DNA of 64,000 nucleotides from a virus (taxonomy: Duplodnaviria > Caudoviricetes). Position numbers and translations under genes: made by a program. Below, piece after piece: positions 45,501 to 54,154 of the stretch (positions are counted from its first letter, which is position 1; every line of letters begins with the position of its first letter). Under the pieces are notes generated by a model. It saw only the letters and a list, made by a program, of their open reading frames with translations, was not told the DNA's origin and did not search any database. The DNA lies in IMG/VR virus record IMGVR_UViG_2895847146_000001, positions 32,001-96,000 of that record. One strand, 5' to 3'.

Positions 45501-48500
45501 TTCTTCAGCTCCTCGTATTTCTCGCGGGTGACCAGCTTGTTCTTCGAGCCGTAGGAAGCGGGCTCGGGCTGCGCGGCGGCTGGCGCCACCTTGGCCTTGG
45601 CCGCCTCTACGGCTTTGCTTTTCAGCGTAGCCTCCAGCACCTCGCCCTGCACCTGGCGGGCTTGTTTGGCCACGGCGCGGCCCTTGGTGCGGGTCTTTTC
45701 CTTGACCTCCTTCTGCTGGCGGGCTACTTCCTTGCGGGCCTGGTACACGGCCTGGCGTGGAGAGTAGCGGGCAATGGCGCGGTTGGCGCTGATAGCGCGG
45801 CCATACTCAGTGTTGGCCAGGGCCTTCTCCGTGTCGATAGTCAGCGCCTGCTGCATGTATTGGGCGGCCAACTCGTCGTTGCCGGCTAGGTCAGCCTCGA
45901 TGCCCAGGCGGTCCAGTTCGTCGGCCACCTTGTCGCGCACGAGCAGGCGCACATCGTCGGGCAGCTGCTGGTCCACGTCCAGGGCAATATCGTAGGCTTG
46001 GGCAATGGTTTTGCCCAGAATGGCCGCGTCCGCCTGGGCCTCCGATTCACTCAGGGGCTTGGGCGTGTAGTTGAGCACTTCCGATTCCAGGCGGGCTTTG
46101 CGCACCTCGGAAAGGGACGGGTTTCCCAGCTGGTTGACAACGGTAGCCCGCTCACCGGGCTTGGCCTGGGTGCGGCTCGTCGGCGCAGAAGCGGCCGGGG
46201 CCTGCTTGGGGCGAAACACACCCTCCTGCTTCAGCACTTGCCGCACCAGCGGGCGCAGCTGCTCGTCGGTGGCGTCGTCCTCGGTCAGGCCAGCGGCCCG
46301 GAGCTTGGCAATGGTCAGCTTGGTATTGACCACGCCCAGCTTGATAAGGGCGCGGACCATCTTCTGAATGGCAGCGGATTCCTCGGCCGAGAAGGACGGA
46401 ATACCCAGCAGCGAGGATTGGGCCACGCGGGAGCCTTTCTTGCGGGCAGCCTTGAACTCGGCCAGCGCGTCGGAAAGCTCGGCTTTGGCCGCTACGTTCT
46501 GCTCGCGCAGGCTGGGCGTTACTTTTTGGGCTGGCCCTGCGCTTCCCGTGCCAGGGCTTGCAGGGCGCGGAACGCTGCCCGTTTCTGTTCCGGTGTTTTC
46601 TCCTGAAACGCTTCCTGCTTCTGCTCTTTGGTCAGAATTACTGCTTTGCTGAATTGGTCTGTTTGCTCGCTCATCGACAAGGGCTTTTAGTTTGGTGGCG
46701 GTAGTTTCATCTACGCCGAATACGAAAGAATAGCCAGCCGCATCTGTGTAGGTGTCGGCCATACGCTGGTAATCTACGATTCCGTCGTTGGAAACGAAAT
46801 CATTAATGGCCTGCTGCACGTTGGCGTCCTCGGCAATCAAGGCGTCAATGTCGGCGTCGCTGAGCGGCACTTCCTCGCGGCTGCGAATGGAAGCCGTGTC
46901 CGGGTTGCCCAAAAAGTCCTCGGCCGATACCCGCTCCTTCTTGGTCGCTAGGCCGGTGCCGGTGCTGACCTCGGCATAGCCGGTTTCGACTATCTCCTGA
47001 ATCTTATTCAGTAGCGCGTCGGCCCGCAGGGTGTTGCGGCCTTCCTGAATGTCCTTGGCGGCGGCGGCAGCGTCGCGGGGGTTCAGGCGTTTGCCGTTGA
47101 CCTCAATGCCCAGGGCCACGAAGTCCCCTCCCCCACGGCCTGCCAGCGTCAGGGCCGCGTCGCGCACGGCGGGCGCACGGTCACGGGCCGGTACATGGCC
47201 CTCAACGGGGCTGGTGCCGGTAACCGTGTTGGTACGGGTCACGCGCTTGCCACCACGGGTGATTTTCACCGACAAGTCATTGCCCACCTCAAAGTCGAGG
47301 CCAGCGGCTTTCGCCAGCTTAGCAAGTTCAGCGCGGGCAGCTTGGCCTTTCGCCCCCTTCTTCTCACGGGTAGAAAGCTCCTTGTAGCCCGCTAGGTCGT
47401 CCAGCACACCGTTGACGCGCTCCTGCTCGGGCGTGAGGGCGGCGGCTACAGGCTGGGCCGAGGCTTCTTGCGGGGTGGCGGGTTCTTCGGTTGGGATGGT
47501 CTGCTCATCGGCTACAGGGGCAACCGGTGAGGGGCCAGCAGGAACTTCGGCCTGGGTGACAGCGCCTGCGTCAGCATTGCTTTCGGGCACATCGCCAGTG
47601 CCAGCCGCTGCCTGCTGGCTATCGTATAGCCCCTCCAAGTCGGCACTAGCAGCTTCGGGTGTAGCTGAGTTAGGGCCTCCTGTACTTTGCACTGCTGGAA
47701 GAACAGTCTCTCCGCTTGCTGTTGATTGAGCATCTATTTGGCTAGTTGGTTGTTCTGCAATATACTCCACCGGCACGGCGGTATCCACGGGTTGGCCGGA
47801 ATTATCTTCGCCTACTACACGAGCCATCTTGCCATCGGGCGAGAGGGCTACTACCTGGGCGTTGGGGGCCAATACCTGCCCATCCGGGCGTACAATCTGC
47901 ACGGGGGCTGGGTAGGCTTGCTGGGCAGCGGCTTGTTCTTCGGGCGTCACGTCCTGCGGCACCTCGAACTGCGGAGCGGTGGCCTGCGCATCCTGCACGG
48001 GCGCGTTCTGTGGGCCACCCGCGAAGCTACCAGCCGCGCCGCCGAGCAACGCCCCGGCAACGGCCTGTTCCAGTGGGTTTTTGACCAGCGCATCCATTGC
48101 GGAAATGCCGTAGCCCTTCTCCCCTTCCGGACGCAGGGCGTCGGCTAGGAGCTGAGCGCCGCCCTCGGCTTCGCCTTGCAGAAACTCGGTAGCGCCTTCG
48201 CCCACGGCCCCGGTAGCGGCCCGTCCGGCAAACTTAGTCACGACGGCGGGCATAACTTTGCCCACGGCCTGGGCGAGTGCTGATTGCGAGATCTTGCCTT
48301 TGCCGTAGCGCAGCGCCTCTTGCAGCAGCTTGCTTTGGAGCACCTGCGTCGCGGCTTTATTCTTGGTAATGAAGCCCAGGCCCACTTCTTCCAACATGCC
48401 GACCACCGGGGCCAGCAACACGGCTGTCGTCGCCGCTTCGCCCTCGGAGATACCGGCCTGCCGGGCGGCATCCTTGGTCGAGGATGCGCTTAGGCCCATA

Positions 48501-49426
48501 CCCACGGCCGAGGCCGCACCGGGGCCACCGAGGGCACCGGTCACGCCCACCTGCACCAGACTGCCCGCGCCGCCACCGAGTAGCGCCGCCCAGGCTTGTC
48601 CGTTGCCGGGGTTGTCGAGAATGCTTTGCTTGGCAGCGGCCGAGGTGGGCTTGGTGGCTGCGTCCGCCAGTTGGCGGTACTGCTCCCCGAACGCATCGGT
48701 GGCCTTGCCGCCCGTCACGTAGCGCGAGCCGAGCGGGTCGGTCACGTCGCCCGTAGGCAACTGCATCCCCTGCCACAAGTCACCGGCCAGGTCTACCAGG
48801 TTGCCTACTACACGCCGAGCACCGGGCGTACCGGCTGCGTTAAAGAGAGTCTTGCCCAGCGTGTCGAGAAAACCATCTTCTTCGGCCGTGGCTTGGTCAC
48901 GGGCGCGTAGTTCCTCGATAGAGGGCGCAGGCAGGCCCGCATTGATTTCCTCGTCGCCGGGCACGGCTTGGATGGCGTTGCGGCCCGTGGGCATGTCCGT
49001 GTCGCCGTTGTAGCCACTCAGCGTAATGGGGAGCGGCTGTTTAATTTGCTCGTCGGCGCTGGTGGGTTGTGTGGGCACCTCGGCCGGTACATCTCCTACC
49101 CCAACGGCGCCGGGGGCAACCTCCTGGTTTTCATTTTCGAGCCCCGGAAAGGGTTCATTCGAATAAGTAGGCGCAGAATCGTTGCCAGAAAGTCCTTTTT
49201 TTTTTAGGCCGAGGTCGGTAGCAAAGTCGTCAAAACTAATCGTAAACTCCTTGCGCCTTTCAGTAAGTGAAGTGTGCAGTTGACGTAGATTATCCTCGTC
49301 CTGCATGTCCTGCTCGAACGTGGGATAATCAAGGGTGAATTCCTTTTCCTGCTTGCGCAAGTTACTCCACAGGCGCTTGAGAGCGGGCTCCTCGGTAGCC
49401 GGAACTTGTTGGTTTTCGTCAATCAT
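42512..49426 (-). CDS. Large internal virion / DNA ejection protein (2304 aa)
   Basis: Ala/Gly-rich N-terminal region (EGATEFLQ), long helical body, C-terminal F...G.GP...GWRPYAVK...WVSY domain like that of podoviral ejection proteins. Confidence 0.7.
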   Translation of the reverse strand: MIDENQQVPATEEPALKRLWSNLRKQEKEFTLDYPTFEQDMQDEDNLRQLHTSLTERRKEFTISFDDFATDLGLKKKGLSGNDSAPTYSNEPFPGLENENQEVAPGAVGVGDVPAEVPTQPTSADEQIKQPLPITLSGYNGDTDMPTGRNAIQAVPGDEEINAGLPAPSIEELRARDQATAEEDGFLDTLGKTLFNAAGTPGARRVVGNLVDLAGDLWQGMQLPTGDVTDPLGSRYVTGGKATDAFGEQYRQLADAATKPTSAAAKQSILDNPGNGQAWAALLGGGAGSLVQVGVTGALGGPGAASAVGMGLSASSTKDAARQAGISEGEAATTAVLLAPVVGMLEEVGLGFITKNKAATQVLQSKLLQEALRYGKGKISQSALAQAVGKVMPAVVTKFAGRAATGAVGEGATEFLQGEAEGGAQLLADALRPEGEKGYGISAMDALVKNPLEQAVAGALLGGAAGSFAGGPQNAPVQDAQATAPQFEVPQDVTPEEQAAAQQAYPAPVQIVRPDGQVLAPNAQVVALSPDGKMARVVGEDNSGQPVDTAVPVEYIAEQPTSQIDAQSTASGETVLPAVQSTGGPNSATPEAASADLEGLYDSQQAAAGTGDVPESNADAGAVTQAEVPAGPSPVAPVADEQTIPTEEPATPQEASAQPVAAALTPEQERVNGVLDDLAGYKELSTREKKGAKGQAARAELAKLAKAAGLDFEVGNDLSVKITRGGKRVTRTNTVTGTSPVEGHVPARDRAPAVRDAALTLAGRGGGDFVALGIEVNGKRLNPRDAAAAAKDIQEGRNTLRADALLNKIQEIVETGYAEVSTGTGLATKKERVSAEDFLGNPDTASIRSREEVPLSDADIDALIAEDANVQQAINDFVSNDGIVDYQRMADTYTDAAGYSFVFGVDETTATKLKALVDERANRPIQQSSNSDQRAEAGSVSGENTGTETGSVPRPASPGTGSAGPAQKVTPSLREQNVAAKAELSDALAEFKAARKKGSRVAQSSLLGIPSFSAEESAAIQKMVRALIKLGVVNTKLTIAKLRAAGLTEDDATDEQLRPLVRQVLKQEGVFRPKQAPAASAPTSRTQAKPGERATVVNQLGNPSLSEVRKARLESEVLNYTPKPLSESEAQADAAILGKTIAQAYDIALDVDQQLPDDVRLLVRDKVADELDRLGIEADLAGNDELAAQYMQQALTIDTEKALANTEYGRAISANRAIARYSPRQAVYQARKEVARQQKEVKEKTRTKGRAVAKQARQVQGEVLEATLKSKAVEAAKAKVAPAAAQPEPASYGSKNKLVTREKYEELKKAFKKMAFSTPIPPQLIVGAVFHLEAGTRKFADVAAKLVRDFGAKAKPYLRDAYEQATQQYLADGGDATGLNSAQDIDDQIAQEQARLLAARILAEVTPTAPGQFDPVKQLLSTLMGKVRESLPPAPGKKKISNRDALVAALRNKAEYADVWERSKQEVEAQIQKLALTDDQKSDLLELLRGYADQIIGQPNSNKQAAAVVGEGLREMSLKLDAIVRLHVSEQEDTGRTLVQKLVADAGLDPATAREYAATLEREFQRQLTAKRESILNRMYSLRVRVGLGKKGKTALDKTLELLNLSPLSDSRVIGLIAEATDLPDLTVQDVARLRTLGAAVEKAPVGRDKEKAVRELNLFLQGIKGVSFLDLSQAMWYANVLSSYATHLVNFTANTHQTFMEALLSTGNVLRQGGKVTAPVRGLAAGLKAGARLATEVLQTGYEPSGQLGKYDVPNTLEVAALGGNRLAGVLKFVPRLLKASDVFYQSGLREMRAWELAAVEATKEGRQDPSRATWEAVHEKLGNSAQRHADAVATATAEGRTGRDAVLRVWELMEQSRPMPMQEDTRQYATRAVFNGEMEGTLGVVFTGVSNVVERVGPLGKWVVPFSRVITNVANAYLDYTLHGFVRAAKGGIGFERQGSQYRPYTAEERAKVLAKATMGTALLAGLYAATHREDDDDNLEISGPGPRDSAQRNQLLQNGWRPYAVKLGSKWVSYKESPLFFVLGVVGAMKDRELYEKANPETDDSYVSGASLLVFRTMGMVVETTATKNISEALDALTSSGGYGGETSGLKKMQTYLERTLGYSVTGYVPASGLLRQFSRDLQDFTDTDKVEAKRAWEVVQQDLPVFRSGMRPALDALGEPMKVQSDRLTSGRPTHRDAATQRIWDVLTEKGVGIPVPNQRTTVAFTFQQAEGQLPASAGVAGQWKEGPMSDETFYRFLELRGKVLKQILLQDIENFRSLNHDQAAKRMAAISKAATKRAKYAVVGAKMKDPDRIVFREML

Positions 49427-49432
49427 AGAGGA

Positions 49433-51292
49433 TTAGTAGAGCCCGCCGTTACCAGTGCGGGTTGGTTTGTTGGTAGTAGAATTCGCCTTGCCTGGTTTGG
49501 CGCCGTAGAGTCCGCCGCTGGTTGGTTGCTGGCGGGCGCGAGTATTTAGGCGCTCTATTTCGGCTCGCATCTGGGCCTCTTGCTGTCGATAAACCGGAGT
49601 GGCACTGTCGAGCTTCCGCTTTGTATCACCAGTGTATTCAAGATAATACACCCCGTTTTGTCGGCCATAGATCTTTCGCGCTCTATCACGCAGCTCTGCA
49701 TCTGATGGCTTTGCCCGCGCCTTGTTACCGCCGACTGCCGCCTGTAATCCCTTCATGGACGCATCCATTGCGGTGGCCGGCTGCTCGTAACTCTGCTTCA
49801 GCGACTGAAACACCTCTTCCTCGGAGCCAAGGTTGTTCTCCTTGATGGGCGTGGACTCAATTGCGTACGTCAGCCGGTAGCCCGCCTCTTTGGCCACTGG
49901 CTTGCGGAGAGCGTCAATTACCCACTGTTCGGTAGCCTCCTTTGACTCTGCCACCCGGGGGTCGGTTGGCCGGAAAATGCGCCCGCGTTTGTCCATCAAA
50001 ACCATTCTGGCTTGACCTGGATAGAGGTCTTGTGGTTCAGAGTTATTTTCGATCAACTCTAGGTTCTTGCCCGGCACCTGAATATTAAAGTTGCGCAGAA
50101 CAATGCCCTTGATTGGCACAGGTTTGCGCGTGCCATCGGACGACTGAATATAAGGGGCCGGGAACACTATGGGCGAGGGCAACGCCGAGGGGCCGGTGCT
50201 GTCTGTTTGCACGCCAGCCACGCCAAAGCCGGCTGTGCCGTCGGTGCCCGGCCCTTTGTCACTCCCTGCCCGGCCAACACGCGGCTGCGGTTTTGCACGG
50301 TAGGTCTCAACGTTGCTGGTACGCTGATAGGCGTGTGGCAGCAGCAACTCATTCAGGAAGTCCTTGCGGGTTTTGGGGGCAATTGTTTCCTGGCCGACCA
50401 ACTGCCGCTCTTCGGGCGTGAGCTGCTCATAATTCTGCATTTTGGCTTCTATTGCCTGCAGGACAGCTTGATGCTCCCGCTGCTTAAGGTCAATCTGACC
50501 GCGCATAAAGGGATCCTTTTCTGCGGCCATTAGCACTTCCGGCAATTCAGTGCGAGGAATTGGCTTGTTGGTGTTTGAGTCTAGTTTAATTTGGCCGTTT
50601 TCTACCAGAAACCAGTTAGACACTGCCTTTTGGGTTTTGCCATATCCGCCAGGACGGGCGGCCGACGAAACTAGTGACTGGTCGTCACTAAGTGTTTTGT
50701 CCAGCCATTGATTCACAACCTCCGTCGTATCATGGTTGCGGGGGTCGTTCAACACCTCCTGCACAGATTCGGGGCTAAAGGTGCCAATCGGCAAGGTATT
50801 ACCTTGGGAATCCTTAATTTTATTCAATAACCCCTCGTCTATCCTTTGACCTATATATCGCTTATCCTTACTCGTTAGCTGGACCACCTCCTTGAATCGC
50901 TCGCCCAGATTTTCAGTCCACCTCGCTTGGTTATTGTAGTCATCGGCCAGCTTCTGGCCTTGCAAGTATCGCTCATCCCGAGAAAGCCCCGGCGTCTGAT
51001 AAATAGAACCCAATTTGTCAAAGAATTGGGTTCTGCCCTGAGTGAGTTGTTTGTGGTATGGCAGAAAGCCCCTGTCCGTCAAGCCCGACCGCACTTTTTG
51101 GAGGTCCTGCAACTCTTGGTCGCGTGCCTTGAGCTTTTGCGCCTCGGCCAACTGACGCTGACGCTGGGCTTGCGCGTCCAAGCGCATAATTGTATTTAAC
51201 GGGGCTGAACCGCCCTGCAAGATAACCGCCTCACCAGTCCCGGCCACGCCCAGCGGCACTGGATTTAGTGAAGGAATTGAAATTGTCGCCAT
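49433..51292 (-). CDS. Putative internal virion / ejection protein (619 aa)
   Basis: Gln-rich helical N-terminus; adjacent to the giant protein. Confidence 0.6.
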   Translation of the reverse strand: MATISIPSLNPVPLGVAGTGEAVILQGGSAPLNTIMRLDAQAQRQRQLAEAQKLKARDQELQDLQKVRSGLTDRGFLPYHKQLTQGRTQFFDKLGSIYQTPGLSRDERYLQGQKLADDYNNQARWTENLGERFKEVVQLTSKDKRYIGQRIDEGLLNKIKDSQGNTLPIGTFSPESVQEVLNDPRNHDTTEVVNQWLDKTLSDDQSLVSSAARPGGYGKTQKAVSNWFLVENGQIKLDSNTNKPIPRTELPEVLMAAEKDPFMRGQIDLKQREHQAVLQAIEAKMQNYEQLTPEERQLVGQETIAPKTRKDFLNELLLPHAYQRTSNVETYRAKPQPRVGRAGSDKGPGTDGTAGFGVAGVQTDSTGPSALPSPIVFPAPYIQSSDGTRKPVPIKGIVLRNFNIQVPGKNLELIENNSEPQDLYPGQARMVLMDKRGRIFRPTDPRVAESKEATEQWVIDALRKPVAKEAGYRLTYAIESTPIKENNLGSEEEVFQSLKQSYEQPATAMDASMKGLQAAVGGNKARAKPSDAELRDRARKIYGRQNGVYYLEYTGDTKRKLDSATPVYRQQEAQMRAEIERLNTRARQQPTSGGLYGAKPGKANSTTNKPTRTGNGGLY

Positions 51293-51298
51293 AGAGGC

Positions 51299-51349
51299 GA
51301 AAGATACGAAATTCTATCTTGAAAACCGGGATATAACTTCGTATCTTTC
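51299..51349 (-). promoter_or_regulatory. Promoter with 25-bp palindrome in an extended inverted repeat (site E)
   Basis: TTCTATCTTG-N5-CGGGATATAA (51312-51336) flanked by GAAAGATACGAA/TTCGTATCTTTC. Confidence 0.72.
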
Positions 51350-51360
51350 CCTTGTCGGCC

Positions 51361-51828
51361 TCACTTTAAATTTTTCAACATTCCCTCCGCCCAATTCTCA
51401 TTTGTCATCTCGTATTCAACCCACGCCCCGTCAAATATCCGCCGAATATGGGTATGTGTTTTGAGGTCAATCCAGTAGTTGCCTTCTCTCTTTGTGAATT
51501 GGTCGGCGTAAGCCATTGCGTCACACCTTGATGCTTCGTCGGGTGCGTAGAACCGCAAGTATGAGGCTGTTAGTCTTCCTTTTTCAAATCCAAAAGCCCG
51601 CAAAACCCCCTCCCTTTCGGCAGAAAACAGTATCACCTTGCGAGTTCCTTCCTGCCCAGCAAGCATGGTCGTGTCTTTCTGCCACCCATGCTGCCCCAAC
51701 ATAATATCCTCTACGGCATATTCTGTTATATTCCAGTCAGTGGGCGCCAGGGTTTTGGGCACTGCAACCTGTGCATAGGATTGACAACTTAATATCATCA
51801 ACGACAATAGGAACACAAGATTCTTCAT
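51361..51828 (-). CDS. Secreted or lipoprotein moron
   Basis: Signal peptide MKNLVFLLSLMILSC; lower GC. Confidence 0.65.
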   Translation of the reverse strand: MKNLVFLLSLMILSCQSYAQVAVPKTLAPTDWNITEYAVEDIMLGQHGWQKDTTMLAGQEGTRKVILFSAEREGVLRAFGFEKGRLTASYLRFYAPDEASRCDAMAYADQFTKREGNYWIDLKTHTHIRRIFDGAWVEYEMTNENWAEGMLKNLK

Positions 51829-51866
51829 GCCCCTATAATCGGAATAATTTCTGAAATATCAACCGG

Positions 51867-52037
51867 TTATACGGCTTTCGCCTGACGCTCTATCTCATCT
51901 TGTAGTAGAACTCTAATCAAGGCCGATAGGCTGAGGCGACGTTTCTTGGCCGCCTCCTTGGCCTGCTCCAACAAGTCGTCTTCAATCTGCATGTTAAGGG
52001 CGGACTTGCCGCTGGACTCTTTCTTGTCTGCTCGCAT
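51867..52037 (-). CDS. Ribbon-helix-helix (Arc/CopG-like) repressor
   Basis: KSALNMQIEDDLLEQAKEAAKKRRLSLSALIRVLLQDEI; likely ATG 52037. Confidence 0.82.
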   Translation of the reverse strand: MRADKKESSGKSALNMQIEDDLLEQAKEAAKKRRLSLSALIRVLLQDEIERQAKAV

Positions 52038-52166
52038 CGGTGTATTGTTTACGCTAAGGAACACATACTACATAACAACTACAAAGGTTATATAGAAAAT
52101 AAATAACAACAGGGTTGTTTTGTATATTTTTTGTAGTACATTTACCATGTATTCAACTTAATAATT

Positions 52167-52490
52167 ATGGTAAACACAGCTACAAAGCTCGACACGGTTT
52201 TCGAAGTTATCGGAAACGCAATGGCTTCCACCATGCCCGCTGGGACACTGGTTATAGCCGAAAAACTACGGCGCAATCACTGGCACAAGATTCAGAATCG
52301 AGTGGTTGTAGTGGCCGTGGGCAAGCGCCTCGTTGCGGGCCGGGTGAAGCAAAACGACCTGCGCGAGCAAGGGGTGTTCTTGCTCTACTCCGACAGCCAC
52401 ACCACGGCCGACCCCTTCCTGCTGCCCATTGCCAGTATTCGCGGCCTGTGGCTAGTTGAGGAGTTTTTAGAGCGCAAACAGATTCGGTAG
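52167..52490 (+). CDS. Stand-alone S24-fold protein lacking catalytic residues, paralogous to the CI C-terminal domain
   Basis: Gapless hand alignment to CI: 43/98 identical; GDSM becomes GNAM and VIKR becomes VAGR. Confidence 0.85.
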   Translation: MVNTATKLDTVFEVIGNAMASTMPAGTLVIAEKLRRNHWHKIQNRVVVVAVGKRLVAGRVKQNDLREQGVFLLYSDSHTTADPFLLPIASIRGLWLVEEFLERKQIR

Positions 52491-52492
52491 GT

Positions 52493-53431
52493 ATGAAAAT
52501 CTATAAACTTACCTGTCAGTATTGTGGTAAGGATTTTGAGCGATACTGGAAGAAAAAGGGCAAGCCGATTTTTTGCAGCTCAACTTGCGCTGGAAAGCAC
52601 AATCATAAAAAACAGGGGGTTGAGATTAATTGTGCCGAGTGCGGGTCAGTATTCTACCGGGCTCAATCAATGTTGCATCAAGCAAAGTATTGCAGCAAAC
52701 AATGCTATTCGAAGGCCAGGCCCAGCAAGATTGAACTTACATGCGTTTGTTGTGGAATAAATGTGACTCGCGCACCATCGCTGGTGAATGGCAGAGTGTT
52801 TTGCGGTCGCAAATGCAAAGCAATTGTTACGAACGAAGAACGCACACAGGATCTGACAGGTAAAATATATGGGAGGCTAACCGTGGAATCTTATTTTCCA
52901 ACTAAAAAACTTGGCGCTTATTGGAATTGCAGGTGCGAATGCGGTGTATTAAGGCCAGTCAAAGCGCAGTCCTTAACAAACGGAAACACCCGTAGTTGCG
53001 GTTGCCTTAGTGCGGACCTCGCAAGCCTTCTTGGCTCTAGGCTTGGGCTGAGAAACTCAAAAATGGGTAATCAAATCCGATGGTATGTCAATTTCAAAGA
53101 CAAAGAGTATCGGCTTCGCTCAGGATTCGAGTGGATATATTTTAAATATCTTGTTTCGAGGAATACCCCTTTCGAGTATGAATCAGAGGTGTTTAGGCTT
53201 GCTAACGGCTGTCGCTACACACCCGATTTTTACTTGCCAGAAACCAATGAATATGTGGAAATTAAAGGATACCTAACCGACAGAGCGGCACACAAGATGG
53301 ACTTGTTCCGTATGGTTACCGGCCACAAGCTAACAGTGCTTTATGAGAAGGATATAATAAAGCTACTCCCCCAGGGCATGACAATATCCAAGTTCTATAA
53401 GCACCATAAAAAATCCCCGCTACCAGCGTAG
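52493..53431 (+). CDS. Zn-finger-repeat PD-(D/E)XK endonuclease (free-standing homing-type)
   Basis: Three CxxCG...F/YCSxxC repeats, DLTGK.YGRLTV...CRCECG...SCGC, YTPDFYLP...YVEIKGY. Confidence 0.78.
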   Translation: MKIYKLTCQYCGKDFERYWKKKGKPIFCSSTCAGKHNHKKQGVEINCAECGSVFYRAQSMLHQAKYCSKQCYSKARPSKIELTCVCCGINVTRAPSLVNGRVFCGRKCKAIVTNEERTQDLTGKIYGRLTVESYFPTKKLGAYWNCRCECGVLRPVKAQSLTNGNTRSCGCLSADLASLLGSRLGLRNSKMGNQIRWYVNFKDKEYRLRSGFEWIYFKYLVSRNTPFEYESEVFRLANGCRYTPDFYLPETNEYVEIKGYLTDRAAHKMDLFRMVTGHKLTVLYEKDIIKLLPQGMTISKFYKHHKKSPLPA

Positions 53432-53443
53432 CGGGGATTTTTT
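53408..53443. terminator. Bidirectional terminator
   Basis: AAAAAATCCCCGCTAC...GTAGCGGGGATTTTTT. Confidence 0.8.
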
Positions 53444-53444
53444 G

Positions 53445-54152
53445 TTACGTAATCTCAGGGTAGCCCATCCAGGGAGGGCCAAGGCGAACCAACTCCCTAA
53501 CATGGGCAATATCGAGCCGATTAACAGAAAGGCACTCCTGGCCTGCGGGCAAGCCAGCCCTGTTTTCAGCGCCAGTTAGCAAGGTCAACAAGGGGCCGCC
53601 AGTAGCCTGCGGGTGGCCATAGCCAATAGTCGCCCACCCTTTTGAGGCGCCACCCTCGCGCCACCCGGCCCGCGCTTGAGCGTCCTCAAGTGCTCCTTGC
53701 TGGCCATCACTTAGATCGGGCAAATCCTCCAGTGTGTAGGGAATTGCTTTTTGGTTAAAATAGGCTTGCAGGGTACTGGCACTCATGCCCCACCACTCTG
53801 GGTGGCGCCACAGACCGTCGTAGATAAAGCCGCCGCCTTGTTGCTGCTCAAGCCGGGACTTGTGTACCGTCACCTCGTATAGGCGTGACGGGTTCAGTTG
53901 CCCCCAATCGGTATCTGGCACATTGCGCCAGATACCGATTCCATTGCTTGGCCCCAAGCGGTACTCAGTTTCGAGTCCAGCAGCGCGTTCCTGGGGTGAC
54001 ATAAACCGCGCTTGGTAATAGGCGTTTTCGACCATCAGACTGCTTGCGGGTATACCGTTTATAGCCCAATCCGCTGGCAGCGCGTCCAGATTGTAGGTGA
54101 AATTGACAAAGGTGCGCACGGGAAGCCAGCGTGGCACAGGAACGAGTGCCAT
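53445..54152 (-). CDS. Hypothetical protein
   Basis: 235-aa ORF in operon. Confidence 0.6.
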   Translation of the reverse strand: MALVPVPRWLPVRTFVNFTYNLDALPADWAINGIPASSLMVENAYYQARFMSPQERAAGLETEYRLGPSNGIGIWRNVPDTDWGQLNPSRLYEVTVHKSRLEQQQGGGFIYDGLWRHPEWWGMSASTLQAYFNQKAIPYTLEDLPDLSDGQQGALEDAQARAGWREGGASKGWATIGYGHPQATGGPLLTLLTGAENRAGLPAGQECLSVNRLDIAHVRELVRLGPPWMGYPEIT

Positions 54153-54154
54153 AT

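Noticed and set aside
42512-49426. Virion RNA polymerase
   Set aside because: No DxDGD/DFDID catalytic motif seen in the 2304-aa or 619-aa proteins
51839-51854. SOS-box-like palindrome TCGGAATAATTTCTGA near the RHH cassette
   Set aside because: Imperfect, single copy, and not in the promoter of the CI-mimic gene
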